From the IMG/VR virus record IMGVR_UViG_3300036964_000424, positions 1 to 64,000 of that record: DNA of 64,000 nucleotides. One strand, written 5' to 3'. Each line of letters starts with the position of its first letter. Position 1 is the stretch's first letter. Below, one piece after another: positions 20,795 to 31,032 of the stretch. A program made the position numbers and the translations under genes. The stretch comes from a virus. Taxonomy: Duplodnaviria > Caudoviricetes. The notes beneath the pieces are model-generated. The model worked only from the letters and a program-made list of their open reading frames with translations, was not told the origin of the DNA and ran no database searches.

Positions 20795-20943
20795 AGATTT
20801 GAAAAATCCATCTTGACAATGATTATAAAGTATGATATACTATATTTTAGCTCGTGGACTAGCGAGCCTTCGGAATCAACCGATAGAAACTGCTGGGATA
20901 TAAATGCCTAGCGGAATAGCCACAGGAAATTAATAGTCACGAA

Positions 20944-21342
20944 ATGGATGCGATAATGAGATCAAAAAAAGAAATATTAATAGACTTAGCTAAAATATAT
21001 CGGGATTTTCAAGAATCTGAATCCCGTGCAGATGAATGGAGCCGAAAGTATAAGACACATTCTAATCAGTTCAAAAGCAATTCGCTTGAAGTTGACAGAT
21101 TAATAGAAGAATTGAAGTCAATTGATAATGAAGAAAAAGTGAAAAATCAAGAACAGAACGAAGAAAGTAGAGGCGTGCGGGGTATAATTCAAAATATAAT
21201 TGATGCATATAAAAGATCATATGATGCTGAAGTTCTTATGAATGAAAGCAAAGAAGAATCTAAAAAAAGCATAGACCAATATAATCTATTGGTGAAAAAA
21301 ATTAATGAGTTAGTAGAAGAATTAAAAAATTGTGAAGAATAA
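20944..21342 (+). CDS. Coiled-coil protein with internal duplication
   Basis: Both halves end in L(I/V)EELK. Confidence 0.6.
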   Translation: MDAIMRSKKEILIDLAKIYRDFQESESRADEWSRKYKTHSNQFKSNSLEVDRLIEELKSIDNEEKVKNQEQNEESRGVRGIIQNIIDAYKRSYDAEVLMNESKEESKKSIDQYNLLVKKINELVEELKNCEE

Positions 21343-21778
21343 TCTACTAATTAATTATTTAGTGGATAAGAAAGGAAAAAATAAAAGAATGGATATTTCA
21401 AATTTTAGGGAAATTTCAGTGCAGGCATTGGCCGCTGATTATAAATATCGAGGATTAAATCGCTATCGAGCTTGGGATCAATTGGTTATAGATCGCGGCC
21501 TTGTGCCTGGAATTGATGCGAAAGATTTCTATAAGATATTTGATAAAGTCGAGCCTAGTCCACTAATTAAAAATGAGCCGCCAAGCAATTTCAACCCGAC
21601 GCATTGGGATAATTATTGGGGATGCAGGTGCGAAATGATAACTCATGATGATGGTGTGATAGATATCCGCTGGGAGAATGGGCATTACGGCGGGTATCCC
21701 CCATGTAATCCACCAGAAGAAGGAAGATATACAGAATTGCATGAAGAGGATTATTATGGAAATAGAAACGAAATATAG
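21332..21778 (+). CDS. Hypothetical protein
   Basis: ORF; likely start at MDISNF. Confidence 0.55.
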   Translation: MKNNLLINYLVDKKGKNKRMDISNFREISVQALAADYKYRGLNRYRAWDQLVIDRGLVPGIDAKDFYKIFDKVEPSPLIKNEPPSNFNPTHWDNYWGCRCEMITHDDGVIDIRWENGHYGGYPPCNPPEEGRYTELHEEDYYGNRNEI

Positions 21779-22004
21779 CATAGGGGATACGGTTTGGTAC
21801 GAAGAATACGATAATGATTCTGACACATTTATTCCTGAAGAGTTAATAATAAAATATATTCAAATTGTTAACTGGAAGGAAAATTCTTTTGATATCACAT
21901 ACTTCGGGAAAGATATGTATGGAGTACTGGAAGAAAAATTATTCGCTACAAAAGATGAATGTCAGAAATCGTGTGACGAAAAAAATAAAATGGGGAGGAG
22001 ATAA
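21756..22004 (+). CDS. Small protein (TKYSIGD family), paralog of 22007
   Basis: MEIETKYSIGDTVW...LFATKDEC vs MNIKPKYDIGDEVY...LYKSEKDC; start at MEIET after GAGG. Confidence 0.6.
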   Translation: MEIETKYSIGDTVWYEEYDNDSDTFIPEELIIKYIQIVNWKENSFDITYFGKDMYGVLEEKLFATKDECQKSCDEKNKMGRR

Positions 22005-22006
22005 TT

Positions 22007-22264
22007 ATGAATATCAAACCAAAATACGATATCGGAGATGAAGTATACTCAATAATTTTTGATACAGTTTCTCGGAAGTTTATTTCCGAGAAGATAACAA
22101 TCGCTGAGGTTAATATCTTGAAAAATAAAACTGGCACCTTTATCCGATACAGTAGCCAGATATGGGGATCAGATAGTTTGTTTGAAGATAATTTGTATAA
22201 AAGCGAAAAAGATTGTATCGCCGAATGTCAGCGAAGAAATGCGGGACTATCTCATGGACGCTAA
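22007..22264 (+). CDS. Small protein (KYDIGD family)
   Basis: GGAGG RBS, paralogy with upstream gene. Confidence 0.6.
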   Translation: MNIKPKYDIGDEVYSIIFDTVSRKFISEKITIAEVNILKNKTGTFIRYSSQIWGSDSLFEDNLYKSEKDCIAECQRRNAGLSHGR

Positions 22265-22441
22265 AGAATATCTTATAAAAATAAATTTGATTTGCCATAA
22301 CTTTCAGATGCGCTGCGATGATTGTCCGCTTGAAGCTTTGTATTGCGGTTATCCAGCTAATAAATACGACATTGATCAAGCGATCGAAGTTGTGGAGAAA
22401 TATGATATTCCAAATGAAGAAACTGTGAAATGGGAGGATGC

Positions 22442-22630
22442 ATGAAAGTGATTTACATAGTTGTAGATGAACTGCCAGATTCGTGTCTCGTCTGCCGACT
22501 TACTGAATGGCGTGATGAAGTGAAACGGGCTTATTGCTTTTGTGTCCCACTTGGGGAGAAAGTTGATTTATTTAAATACGTAATGGCGCGACCTTCAAAT
22601 TGCCCGCTGAGGTTGGAAAGGAAGAAATAA
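22442..22630 (+). CDS. Small Cys-rich protein, paralog of 22637
   Basis: VDELPDSC..CRLT.W...YCFCV...RP.NCPL in both; start at MKVI after GGAGG. Confidence 0.6.
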   Translation: MKVIYIVVDELPDSCLVCRLTEWRDEVKRAYCFCVPLGEKVDLFKYVMARPSNCPLRLERKK

Positions 22631-22636
22631 AGTTTC

Positions 22637-22930
22637 ATGAAAATATATAGAGCCTTCGTAGACGAATTACCTGATTCCTGCACTGATTGCAGATTAACCA
22701 AGTGGAGCACCGACGGGAAACGAACGTACTGCTTCTGTGTTATGCGCAATGAAATGGCCAATTTGATAAAATATCCAAATAATCGCCCGCCGAATTGTCC
22801 CCTTGAGCTGGAAGAGGAAAAAGATAAATTGAAAATTGATCTCGATGCTGCGATGGATGCTATTAATAAACCTGAAGACCCGTGTGGATTTTCAATAGAA
22901 ATTTGTGAATCTGATGGGAAACAGATTTAG
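22637..22930 (+). CDS. Small Cys-rich protein
   Basis: Paralog of upstream gene. Confidence 0.6.
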   Translation: MKIYRAFVDELPDSCTDCRLTKWSTDGKRTYCFCVMRNEMANLIKYPNNRPPNCPLELEEEKDKLKIDLDAAMDAINKPEDPCGFSIEICESDGKQI

Positions 22931-22945
22931 AAGGAATAGTGAAAA

Positions 22946-23167
22946 ATGAAATTCTATTTGATAACCAGAAACGACGATGTTGACTACGAACAATATGATG
23001 CGGCGGTTGTGATGGCCGAGACTCCTGAAGCGGCAATTGAATTAATAAAGAATGCGCATAAAGATGATTCGCCATATTTAAAATTTTGGGGGGATTACGA
23101 TGTTTCAGCAACAGAAATTATCCAAACCGAACCAAAGATTATATTAGAATCATTTCGAGGAGGATAA
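22946..23167 (+). CDS. Small hypothetical phage protein
   Basis: YEQYDAAVVMAET...ILESFRGG. Confidence 0.65.
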   Translation: MKFYLITRNDDVDYEQYDAAVVMAETPEAAIELIKNAHKDDSPYLKFWGDYDVSATEIIQTEPKIILESFRGG

Positions 23168-23174
23168 GGAAGAT

Positions 23175-25367
23175 ATGCGATATTTAGTTTTATTACGAGG
23201 TAGTGCAGGATGTGGCAAAACAACGTGGTTAGAAAAAACCGGATTAAAGCCTTATAGTATTAGTGCCGATGATATTCGTACTATGCTAAGATCGCCTTCA
23301 ACTAATATAGAAGGTAAACTTGAAATTAGCCAACTTAGCAATAAAAAAGTATGGAATATGATTTTTGAGACATTAGAAGAAAGAATGTCAAGAGGAGAAT
23401 TAACTATTATTGATGCAACTCACTCAACCCTTGATATGATATCTAAATACCGAAATTTATGCCAAGAATATCGATATCGATGCGTTGTTGTTGAGTTTCC
23501 TAACGATGTAGAAACTATACTTAAACAAAACGCAAGCAGAGAAGAAATTAAGCGCGTGCCAGAAGATAGTATTAGAAATATGTGCAGTCGTATTGAAACA
23601 CAACCTACTCCTAATTGGTGCACTAAAACTACTCCCGATAAATTCTTAGAAGAATATGGAAGTATAAAAGTATTTGATTTCAATAATTATGAAGAGATTG
23701 TACATTTTGGAGACATTCATGGATGTTATGAGCCACTGAAAGAATATTTTGAAAAACATCCTTTTAGTGAAAATAAATTCTATATTTTTACAGGTGATTA
23801 TACCGACAGAGGTATTCAAAATAAAGAAGTAATTGAATTCCTATTTACGCTTATCGATAAAAAGAATGTACTATTTTTGGAAGGGAATCATGAAATACAC
23901 ACAAAACTTTATGCTAACGATAAAGAAGATCAAATAAAATCTTCAGAATTTAAAAAGTTTACTTTATCTCAAATAGAATCTATAGACAAAAAGCAGTTAC
24001 GAATTTTTTATGGAAAATTAGCACAATTAGCTTTGTATGAATATGGTAATGAAATATTTTTTGTTTGTCATGGCGGATGCCCTCTATTACCTACATATTT
24101 TACTTCTACAGAAGAGTTGGTTAAAGGCGTTGGCAAGTATGAAGATTATTTAAAAGTGGAAGAGTCATGGAATAAATGGGCATATAAACAAAATACAGTC
24201 TATTACCAAATTCACGCTCATCGTAATACAGAAAATAATGATACAGAAAATGGCAGATGCTATAACTTGTGTGATAGAGTTGAGTTCGGAGGGAATTTGA
24301 GAATATTAACTTTATCAAAAGATGGCGATAATGTTAAGAAAAACATTGAATTAATTAAAAATAATGTTTATTACATTAATAATAATGTAGCAGAAGAAAA
24401 AATAGTAATAGATGGCGACAATTTGATAAGTAAGATGATGAATAGTAAATTAGTGCAAGTAAAGTCTTTAAAAAATAATGTAATATCCTTGAACTTTACA
24501 AGAGACGCTTTTCATAAAAAAGAATGGAACGACTTGACAATTCAAGCACGAGGGCTATTTATTAACAAAAACACAAAAGAAGTAGTTGCAAGAAGTTATG
24601 ATAAATTCTTTGCCGTAGATGAAAACGAATCTATGAAAACCAATGTTTTGCGTAGGAAAATGGTTTTTCCTGCTAAGGCATATATTAAATATAATGGCTA
24701 TTTAGGAATCACAGGATATAATTCAGAAGCAGATGAATTATTTATTGCCACAAAAACTACAGATACTGGAGATATGCGAGAAAAGTTTAAATCTATATTG
24801 GAGAATACTTTAGATATTAACAAATTATCTACTTTATGCAAAGAAAATAATATGAGTATTATATTCGAAGTAATTGACCCTGTAAATGACCCTCATATTA
24901 TTGAATATGATAAAGAACAAGTTATTTTGTTGGATTGCATATATAGAGATTTAAATTTTTCTAAAAGTGATAAATCAGAAGAAATTGCCAAAGAACTTGG
25001 CGTAAAATATAAAGAATTAGCATATACATTTAATGATTATCTTGAGTTTGAAAATTTTATAGCAAATGTAAAAAAGGAAAATCTTAATATGAATCTAAGA
25101 TCCATAGAGGGTTTTGTTATTGAAGATAGCAATGGCTATATGATGAAATTGAAAAATAAGTACTATACATTCTGGAAATTTATGAGGGGGTTTAAAGATC
25201 AAATAGCATTGGGGCGCGTGGTAAATTTGCATATGCTGAATAAACCGCTTGATAATAAAGTATATGCTTTCATGAAAAACAAGGGTAGAGAATATTGCGC
25301 AGAACATTCTATTATTGAAATAAGAAAAGATTTCGAGAAAGAGTATGGCAATGATTATTTTCTATAA
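23175..25367 (+). CDS. Pnkp-like RNA repair enzyme: P-loop kinase + metallophosphoesterase + RNA ligase
   Basis: GSAGCGKT and IDAT kinase; GDIHG, GDYTDRG, GNHE phosphatase; KYNGYLG, FEVI, EGFVI, KLK ligase motifs. Confidence 0.88.
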   Translation: MRYLVLLRGSAGCGKTTWLEKTGLKPYSISADDIRTMLRSPSTNIEGKLEISQLSNKKVWNMIFETLEERMSRGELTIIDATHSTLDMISKYRNLCQEYRYRCVVVEFPNDVETILKQNASREEIKRVPEDSIRNMCSRIETQPTPNWCTKTTPDKFLEEYGSIKVFDFNNYEEIVHFGDIHGCYEPLKEYFEKHPFSENKFYIFTGDYTDRGIQNKEVIEFLFTLIDKKNVLFLEGNHEIHTKLYANDKEDQIKSSEFKKFTLSQIESIDKKQLRIFYGKLAQLALYEYGNEIFFVCHGGCPLLPTYFTSTEELVKGVGKYEDYLKVEESWNKWAYKQNTVYYQIHAHRNTENNDTENGRCYNLCDRVEFGGNLRILTLSKDGDNVKKNIELIKNNVYYINNNVAEEKIVIDGDNLISKMMNSKLVQVKSLKNNVISLNFTRDAFHKKEWNDLTIQARGLFINKNTKEVVARSYDKFFAVDENESMKTNVLRRKMVFPAKAYIKYNGYLGITGYNSEADELFIATKTTDTGDMREKFKSILENTLDINKLSTLCKENNMSIIFEVIDPVNDPHIIEYDKEQVILLDCIYRDLNFSKSDKSEEIAKELGVKYKELAYTFNDYLEFENFIANVKKENLNMNLRSIEGFVIEDSNGYMMKLKNKYYTFWKFMRGFKDQIALGRVVNLHMLNKPLDNKVYAFMKNKGREYCAEHSIIEIRKDFEKEYGNDYFL

Positions 25368-25448
25368 TAAACTTACATAAAAGTATGTTTTTATTATTAT
25401 ATTCAGATAGGTATTTATTTATACCTTATCCGTCAAATTTTCAATAAT

Positions 25449-25679
25449 TTGACGATTCAGAAGAAAAAAGTATGTAGGATGGAAAGTGAAATATATTTAG
25501 ATATTAAAGATTTAGATACATTAATGCTTGCTCTGCAAAAATGCCGTGAAGAATACGGTAATATATCTGTTGATATGGATATGAGTACAAGAAAAGATGA
25601 AGGGAACTATAATATTGATGCTATTCTTTATAGTAAGGATGGAGATGGTAATAACTCCATTAGTTTAATTAGTTGGTAA
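25449..25679 (+). CDS. Small hypothetical protein lying between two ATAAAA-N6-TTTTAT sites
   Basis: ORF; sites at 25377 and 25680. Confidence 0.5.
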   Translation: MTIQKKKVCRMESEIYLDIKDLDTLMLALQKCREEYGNISVDMDMSTRKDEGNYNIDAILYSKDGDGNNSISLISW

Positions 25680-25717
25680 ATAAAATTTCAATTTTATTAG
25701 GTTTTTGGAGGCGTTAT

Positions 25718-26398
25718 TTGTGGTCTTATTATGGTACTAAAAAGAAATTGGCAAAATATTATCCGGAACCACAATTTGATACTATTATAGAACCTTTTGC
25801 TGGTGCAGCACAATATTCTTTATTTGGCAATAATTGGCAGAAACAAGTATATTTAGTTGATAAATATGATATTATTGTTAAAGTGTGGCAATATCTTATC
25901 AATGCTACGAAAGAAGACATTTTGGGATTGCCAGATTTAGATGTAGGACAAAATGTAGATGATTTTACTACTTTATCTAATGAAGAAAAATGGCTAATTG
26001 GATTTTGTATTAATCCCGCATCTGCTTGCCCAAAGAAAACTTCGACTAAAAGAGGAAGATGGAATGCCAATAAAATAAATATTGCTGAAAATATTTATAA
26101 AATAAAACATTGGAAAGTAAAATGTGATGAATTTAAAAATATTAAGAACATAAGTGCTACGTGGTTTATTGATCCTCCTTATAAATACGGCGGTATTTAT
26201 TATAGAATGAATAATAAAAATATAGATTATAATGATTTGGCGGAATGGTGTAAATCGAGAAACGGTCAAATTATTGTGTGCGAAAATACAAAAGCGGATT
26301 GGTTGGACTTTAAGCCATTGGCGGAATTAAAAGGTCAATTACATACAACAATGGAAGCTATTTGGTATAAATCTTACATAAAAACTCAACTTTATTAG
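25718..26398 (+). CDS. DNA adenine methyltransferase (Dam/D12-like, short form)
   Basis: YYGTK, EPFAG, FIDPPY; TTG start after GGAGG. Confidence 0.85.
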   Translation: MWSYYGTKKKLAKYYPEPQFDTIIEPFAGAAQYSLFGNNWQKQVYLVDKYDIIVKVWQYLINATKEDILGLPDLDVGQNVDDFTTLSNEEKWLIGFCINPASACPKKTSTKRGRWNANKINIAENIYKIKHWKVKCDEFKNIKNISATWFIDPPYKYGGIYYRMNNKNIDYNDLAEWCKSRNGQIIVCENTKADWLDFKPLAELKGQLHTTMEAIWYKSYIKTQLY

Positions 26399-26454
26399 AT
26401 TTGAGCATTGACAACCGTGCAATTATAGTGTAAAATAATATAGGAAGAAAATAA

Positions 26455-27300
26455 ATGATTAGAATTTTAAGAATTGATTTTTTACCAATAATGCAGGATG
26501 GATTAACTTTAGATAAACTTTATAATAAAGATATTAATGTTTTACATAAGAATATTTTAGACACAATCACAGAGATATCTGGAGAAACTTTTCAAGTAGT
26601 TGGGATAGAAAGCACTAATGAGATTCCAATAAAACAAGATAGATTTCAATATACTAATGAAGAATATATTAATGTATTAGCTGGTAAATCGCCAGCGCAT
26701 CAACCGGATTATGCTTCGTATAAATGGATTATTGATAAGTTTGATTTAGTAAATAGAAAGAATAAAAATGAGTTTGATGAAGTACATTTATTCGGCAGTC
26801 CTTTCCTTGGTTTTTTCGAAAGTAGAATTGTAGGGAGGGAAACTATTTGGTGCAACGCACCAGTTTGTTATGCGGATTGTGGAAATTTCTGCATCATGGG
26901 ATATTCATATGAAAGAGGAGTATCAGAAGCTACAGAGAATTTAGGGCATAGAGCTGAAAGTATTTTGTCATATTGGAATCGTGATTTTTTTAGAGATTTT
27001 GTAAATGCGGTTGGAAGCATACATATTCCTCATAATGCTACAAAAGATTACGATTGGGCTAATATGAATAAAAAATTATGCTACGCAGATAAATATCCCG
27101 ATGCTTTTTATAAAGATAAAAAAGGATGCTTTATTTTAAGCTCGCTGTACAAACTATTTATAAAAGAAAAAGAGTTTATTCCGGTATTAAGAGATTCTAC
27201 TTATTGGAATAGTAATTCACTCGATTATTTTAAATATTGGTTTAAGCACCTTCCAAAAGAAGCTATAGATATTGTTCTGCATGTTGATAAAATAACTTGA
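26455..27300 (+). CDS. Hypothetical protein
   Basis: 281 aa, own promoter; FDEV.LFG and YERG...HRAE motifs. Confidence 0.65.
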   Translation: MIRILRIDFLPIMQDGLTLDKLYNKDINVLHKNILDTITEISGETFQVVGIESTNEIPIKQDRFQYTNEEYINVLAGKSPAHQPDYASYKWIIDKFDLVNRKNKNEFDEVHLFGSPFLGFFESRIVGRETIWCNAPVCYADCGNFCIMGYSYERGVSEATENLGHRAESILSYWNRDFFRDFVNAVGSIHIPHNATKDYDWANMNKKLCYADKYPDAFYKDKKGCFILSSLYKLFIKEKEFIPVLRDSTYWNSNSLDYFKYWFKHLPKEAIDIVLHVDKIT

Positions 27301-27394
27301 CAAATAGTAGTTAGTATGTTATTATTAGTAGAAGGAACTAAAAATGCGTATTGCCACACTTTTGGTTCGCATATATGATTAGTAAGGAGCTATT

Positions 27395-27778
27395 ATGAAG
27401 ATACCAGAAGATTGTTTAAAAAAATATACTATTATACAGCCCGACCCTACGTTGAGAAATAATTTGATGGTATTTGGATTTGAGATAGGCGAAGGATGGA
27501 TGTCTTTGGTTATAGAATTATTAGATAAGATCCAGCATCTTGTAGATAATAATCCTGAATATTCTGGATTGCAAGTAATACAAGTAAAGGAAAAATATGG
27601 GTCTTTGCGCGTATATCTGAATTACTACTATAAGGAAATAGAAGATATAATAAGCGAATACGAAGAAAAATCTTGCTATATTTGCGAAGAGTGCGGGGAA
27701 AAAGGCGAAATAAGAAATATCAATAATTGGTACACGGCTTTGTGCGATAAGCATTATGCGGAATATAAAGAAAAATAA
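27395..27778 (+). CDS. Conserved phage protein with Zn-finger
   Basis: GFEIGEGW...QVKEKYGSLR...CEECG...LCDKH. Confidence 0.75.
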   Translation: MKIPEDCLKKYTIIQPDPTLRNNLMVFGFEIGEGWMSLVIELLDKIQHLVDNNPEYSGLQVIQVKEKYGSLRVYLNYYYKEIEDIISEYEEKSCYICEECGEKGEIRNINNWYTALCDKHYAEYKEK

Positions 27779-27795
27779 AAAAAAAGGAGAATAAA

Positions 27796-28374
27796 TTGAC
27801 AACGTATTTGAATGAACAACGGCTTAAGACTTTTGAAAAGGAATTAGATTTAATTTTAAACCCACGAATTAGAAAATTTGCGGAGGAGGCAATAAAAACG
27901 TTTCCGGATTATTTTTTTGAGATAGGCGCTTCAAGCACCGGAAAGCATCATCCGGCTTATGCACTAGGATTTGGGGGATTAGTCAGGCATACGCAAGCGG
28001 CTATAAAAATTGCAGCAGAATTATTTAAAATCGAATCTTATAATTTCACTGATGATGAGAAAGATCTTATTATTGCGGCACTAATTTGTCACGATGCATG
28101 GAAACATGGTACAGACTTTGCAAAATTTACAATAGATAGCCATCCTATCATTGCAGGGGAACAGTTGACAAAAAACGAGGATCTGAAAAAACTATTATCT
28201 GAAAAAGAATTTGAATTTTTAATCGGGTGCGTCGAACACCACATGGGCGCCTTTGTGCAAAGTTATAAGACGGGAGAAGAAGTATTGGAACGTCCGCGTA
28301 ATAAGTATGAAGATTTCGTGCACTTGGCTGATTATTTAGCCAGTAGAAAATTTTTGGAAGTTAAATTTGTATGA
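27796..28374 (+). CDS. HD-domain phosphohydrolase
   Basis: ASSTGKHH, GGLVRHT, HDAWK, HMG, VHLAD. Confidence 0.85.
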   Translation: MTTYLNEQRLKTFEKELDLILNPRIRKFAEEAIKTFPDYFFEIGASSTGKHHPAYALGFGGLVRHTQAAIKIAAELFKIESYNFTDDEKDLIIAALICHDAWKHGTDFAKFTIDSHPIIAGEQLTKNEDLKKLLSEKEFEFLIGCVEHHMGAFVQSYKTGEEVLERPRNKYEDFVHLADYLASRKFLEVKFV

Positions 28375-28550
28375 GCCATGATAAAAATTATAAATAAAGG
28401 AGAATAAAATGGCAAGCGATGACGATATAATGAGTTTTGATGAATATTGCTTTGATGTTTTAGATATTACGGATACCGATTTTTTGTCAAGAGCAGAATG
28501 GGATAAATATTATGAACTTTATGAAAATTATTTAAAAAGGGAGCTAAAAG

Positions 28551-28775
28551 ATGATTTTGACACATGGGTACAATGATTTTTTAATGTTTTTCAAATTGTA
28601 CTTGGATCCAAAGTATAATACTTTGCCTTTATTCATGGAAAAGCTTATAGAACTTAATCCAGATATTAGTGAAGAAGAAGCAGAAATTTTGTGGAAATCC
28701 TTTGATGTTGCCTATGATATATGCGTTAATTATGGAGGGCTTTTGAAAGAAGTTAAAGAGGCAAAAGATGAATAA
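28551..28775 (+). CDS. Hypothetical protein
   Basis: ORF with RBS. Confidence 0.45.
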   Translation: MILTHGYNDFLMFFKLYLDPKYNTLPLFMEKLIELNPDISEEEAEILWKSFDVAYDICVNYGGLLKEVKEAKDE

Positions 28776-29382
28776 AAAAAATAAATTATGCGCACGAAAT
28801 TATAATGATATAAATAAAAGATATCGTAAGCCTTATAGTGCTCGTACTGCAGGTTATATTTCTAATAATATAGCTAAGCGTAACGTTTTCAACAAATATA
28901 TTAGCAATTATGAAGCAAAAGTCGTAATTAGCTTTTATGATTTTGCTGAAAAATTGAAGTATAATATAAATGATTTTATTCAAGAATTGAATTTAATTAA
29001 AAAATATTATAAAGTTAAATTCAACTATTTTCAAGATGCTAACTTTTTTAGATTTTCTAATATTTATGGGACAGAATTTTCATTTACGATTATTCATGAA
29101 AAATATGCTGAAAAAGATATATATGTTCTTAGCGTTTGGGATTATACTGGTAATACGCTTATATTTTCAAGTAAAATCCCAGATACAGATAGAAAAAGTT
29201 TCTTCAATAAATTGGAGAAAGCTTGTGATGAATTTTCTAATGGATTTATAAATTGTATTGAATGCGGAAAGCTTATCCCGTTTGTTGCTAATCAGTCACA
29301 GCGATATTATGGAGGAATATTTTGCAAAGCATGTTGGGATAATGAGTGGAATGATATAGAGGAAAAAGAGGATTATCGCTAG
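28768..29382 (+). CDS. Hypothetical protein with C-terminal Zn-ribbon
   Basis: CIECG...CKAC. Confidence 0.6.
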   Translation: MNKKNKLCARNYNDINKRYRKPYSARTAGYISNNIAKRNVFNKYISNYEAKVVISFYDFAEKLKYNINDFIQELNLIKKYYKVKFNYFQDANFFRFSNIYGTEFSFTIIHEKYAEKDIYVLSVWDYTGNTLIFSSKIPDTDRKSFFNKLEKACDEFSNGFINCIECGKLIPFVANQSQRYYGGIFCKACWDNEWNDIEEKEDYR

Positions 29383-29461
29383 TTGTTATACGAAAATGTT
29401 TAAATTGCCTATTGACAAAATTTTAGCATTGTGGTATTATTATGTTAAGGAGAATAACAAT

Positions 29462-30364
29462 ATGCTAAAAGAATACGAAGTTTATTTAGAAACGCTTAAG
29501 ATCGATAAAAGTAAGGAAACTTATCGATCGTATAAACATATTTTAGAAAATTTCTTCAATTCGATGAAGATTGAAAGCATTGAAGATATTAAAAATATGA
29601 AAAGTGAAGATATTCAAAATTATATAAACCATATGATAATTAAAAAGGAGGGTGAAGATCAGAATAGTATAAATAAGGCAAAAGCCACAGCCAATGCACA
29701 TTTAAGAGTAATAAAAGCTTATATGAATTGGCTGGTTAGTAAGAATTATATTCTTGAATCGCCGGCAAATAAAGTCGCAAGGTTTAAAGAGGCGCAAACC
29801 ATAGCGACTGTTTTTACAAAGGAGGAAAGGGATAAAGCAATCCTAAATACTAAAAATAAAGCAGAATTACAATTAACAATTGCAATACTTTTTTATACAG
29901 GAATTCGCTGTGAAGAGGCGGTGAATATAAAATTATCTGATATTAAAGATGGCGTACTCCTTGTGCACGGAAAAGGAAACAAGGAACGCCAAATACCATT
30001 GAATCCATTTCTACAAGAACTTATTAAAAAATGTTTATTGCAACGCAAGCATAAGAGCGAATATTTACTTGCGTCAGCTAGAGGAGGGCACAAAATTAGT
30101 ACAACTTCTTTATACAAAAGAGTAAAAACAGCTTGCGAAATTGCTGGTATTGATCAAGACAAGATTGAAAAATTAAGCCCGCATAGTGTTCGCAGATCGT
30201 TAGCTTGCTTTTTACTTATGGATGGTGCTTCATCATCCGTTATACAAAATGTGCTAGGGCATGCTAATTATAAAACAACGGAAAGATATATACGCCCAGC
30301 AATTGCCTTAGCCGCAAGGAAAACACTATTAGAACAGGAACCGCCTTCATGGTGGGGGAAATAA
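29462..30364 (+). CDS. XerC/D-like tyrosine recombinase
   Basis: TGIRCEE, HGKGNKER, PHSVRRS, LGHAN..TTERY; ATG 29462 lies after promoter 29412-29440 and AAGGAG. Confidence 0.92.
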   Translation: MLKEYEVYLETLKIDKSKETYRSYKHILENFFNSMKIESIEDIKNMKSEDIQNYINHMIIKKEGEDQNSINKAKATANAHLRVIKAYMNWLVSKNYILESPANKVARFKEAQTIATVFTKEERDKAILNTKNKAELQLTIAILFYTGIRCEEAVNIKLSDIKDGVLLVHGKGNKERQIPLNPFLQELIKKCLLQRKHKSEYLLASARGGHKISTTSLYKRVKTACEIAGIDQDKIEKLSPHSVRRSLACFLLMDGASSSVIQNVLGHANYKTTERYIRPAIALAARKTLLEQEPPSWWGK

Positions 30365-30401
30365 ATAAATAGCAAATAATAAATAGTATAGGAGAAATAA
30401 A

Positions 30402-30878
30402 ATGAGGTTAAATAATAGCTTAGTCTCTGCTACAAGGGGAAATTCTGATAAATCGGGGAGATGGGAAAGTTGGGATATCCTGCCCCCAGTTATGGTTTTA
30501 GACCCAATGAAAATTATTTATCAGCCGGACAGAGGCGTAACAATTGTTATTTGGGGGGATGGAAGCAAAACAGTTGTGAAATGTCATGAAGATGAATTTT
30601 CAAAAGAATTTGGCTTTGCCATGGCGGTAGTAAAAAAGCTTTATGGCAGAGGAGAATTTCTTAAGATGATTGAAAATGCATCAGTGCAGAATGCTAATAA
30701 AAAAAAAGAAAGTATAAAGAATAAACCTGCGCATATGATAGAATATGAATCTGATGCGGATGAATACGCTGGCAAAAAAGAGCTTCTTCGGGAAATATCA
30801 GATATTTTCCTAGAGATAGCTGATTCCTTAGATGATTTGTATAATATAATGAGTAAACTTGAAGAAATTAGCAAATGA
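30402..30878 (+). CDS. Conserved phage hypothetical protein
   Basis: TIVIWGDGSKTVVKC...FSKEFGFAMA. Confidence 0.7.
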   Translation: MRLNNSLVSATRGNSDKSGRWESWDILPPVMVLDPMKIIYQPDRGVTIVIWGDGSKTVVKCHEDEFSKEFGFAMAVVKKLYGRGEFLKMIENASVQNANKKKESIKNKPAHMIEYESDADEYAGKKELLREISDIFLEIADSLDDLYNIMSKLEEISK

Positions 30879-31032
30879 TTTTTTTATACTGGATCCCTGT
30901 GCCAACTAGTCGTATATTTATTAATTTATTATTAAGCGATGAATCTTCCACTGCAGGGAAGCTACGAATAAATGGCAATAATAAGTAGCATAATATAAGA
31001 TTAAAGTTTAAAAATCAAATAGGAGTAATTAT

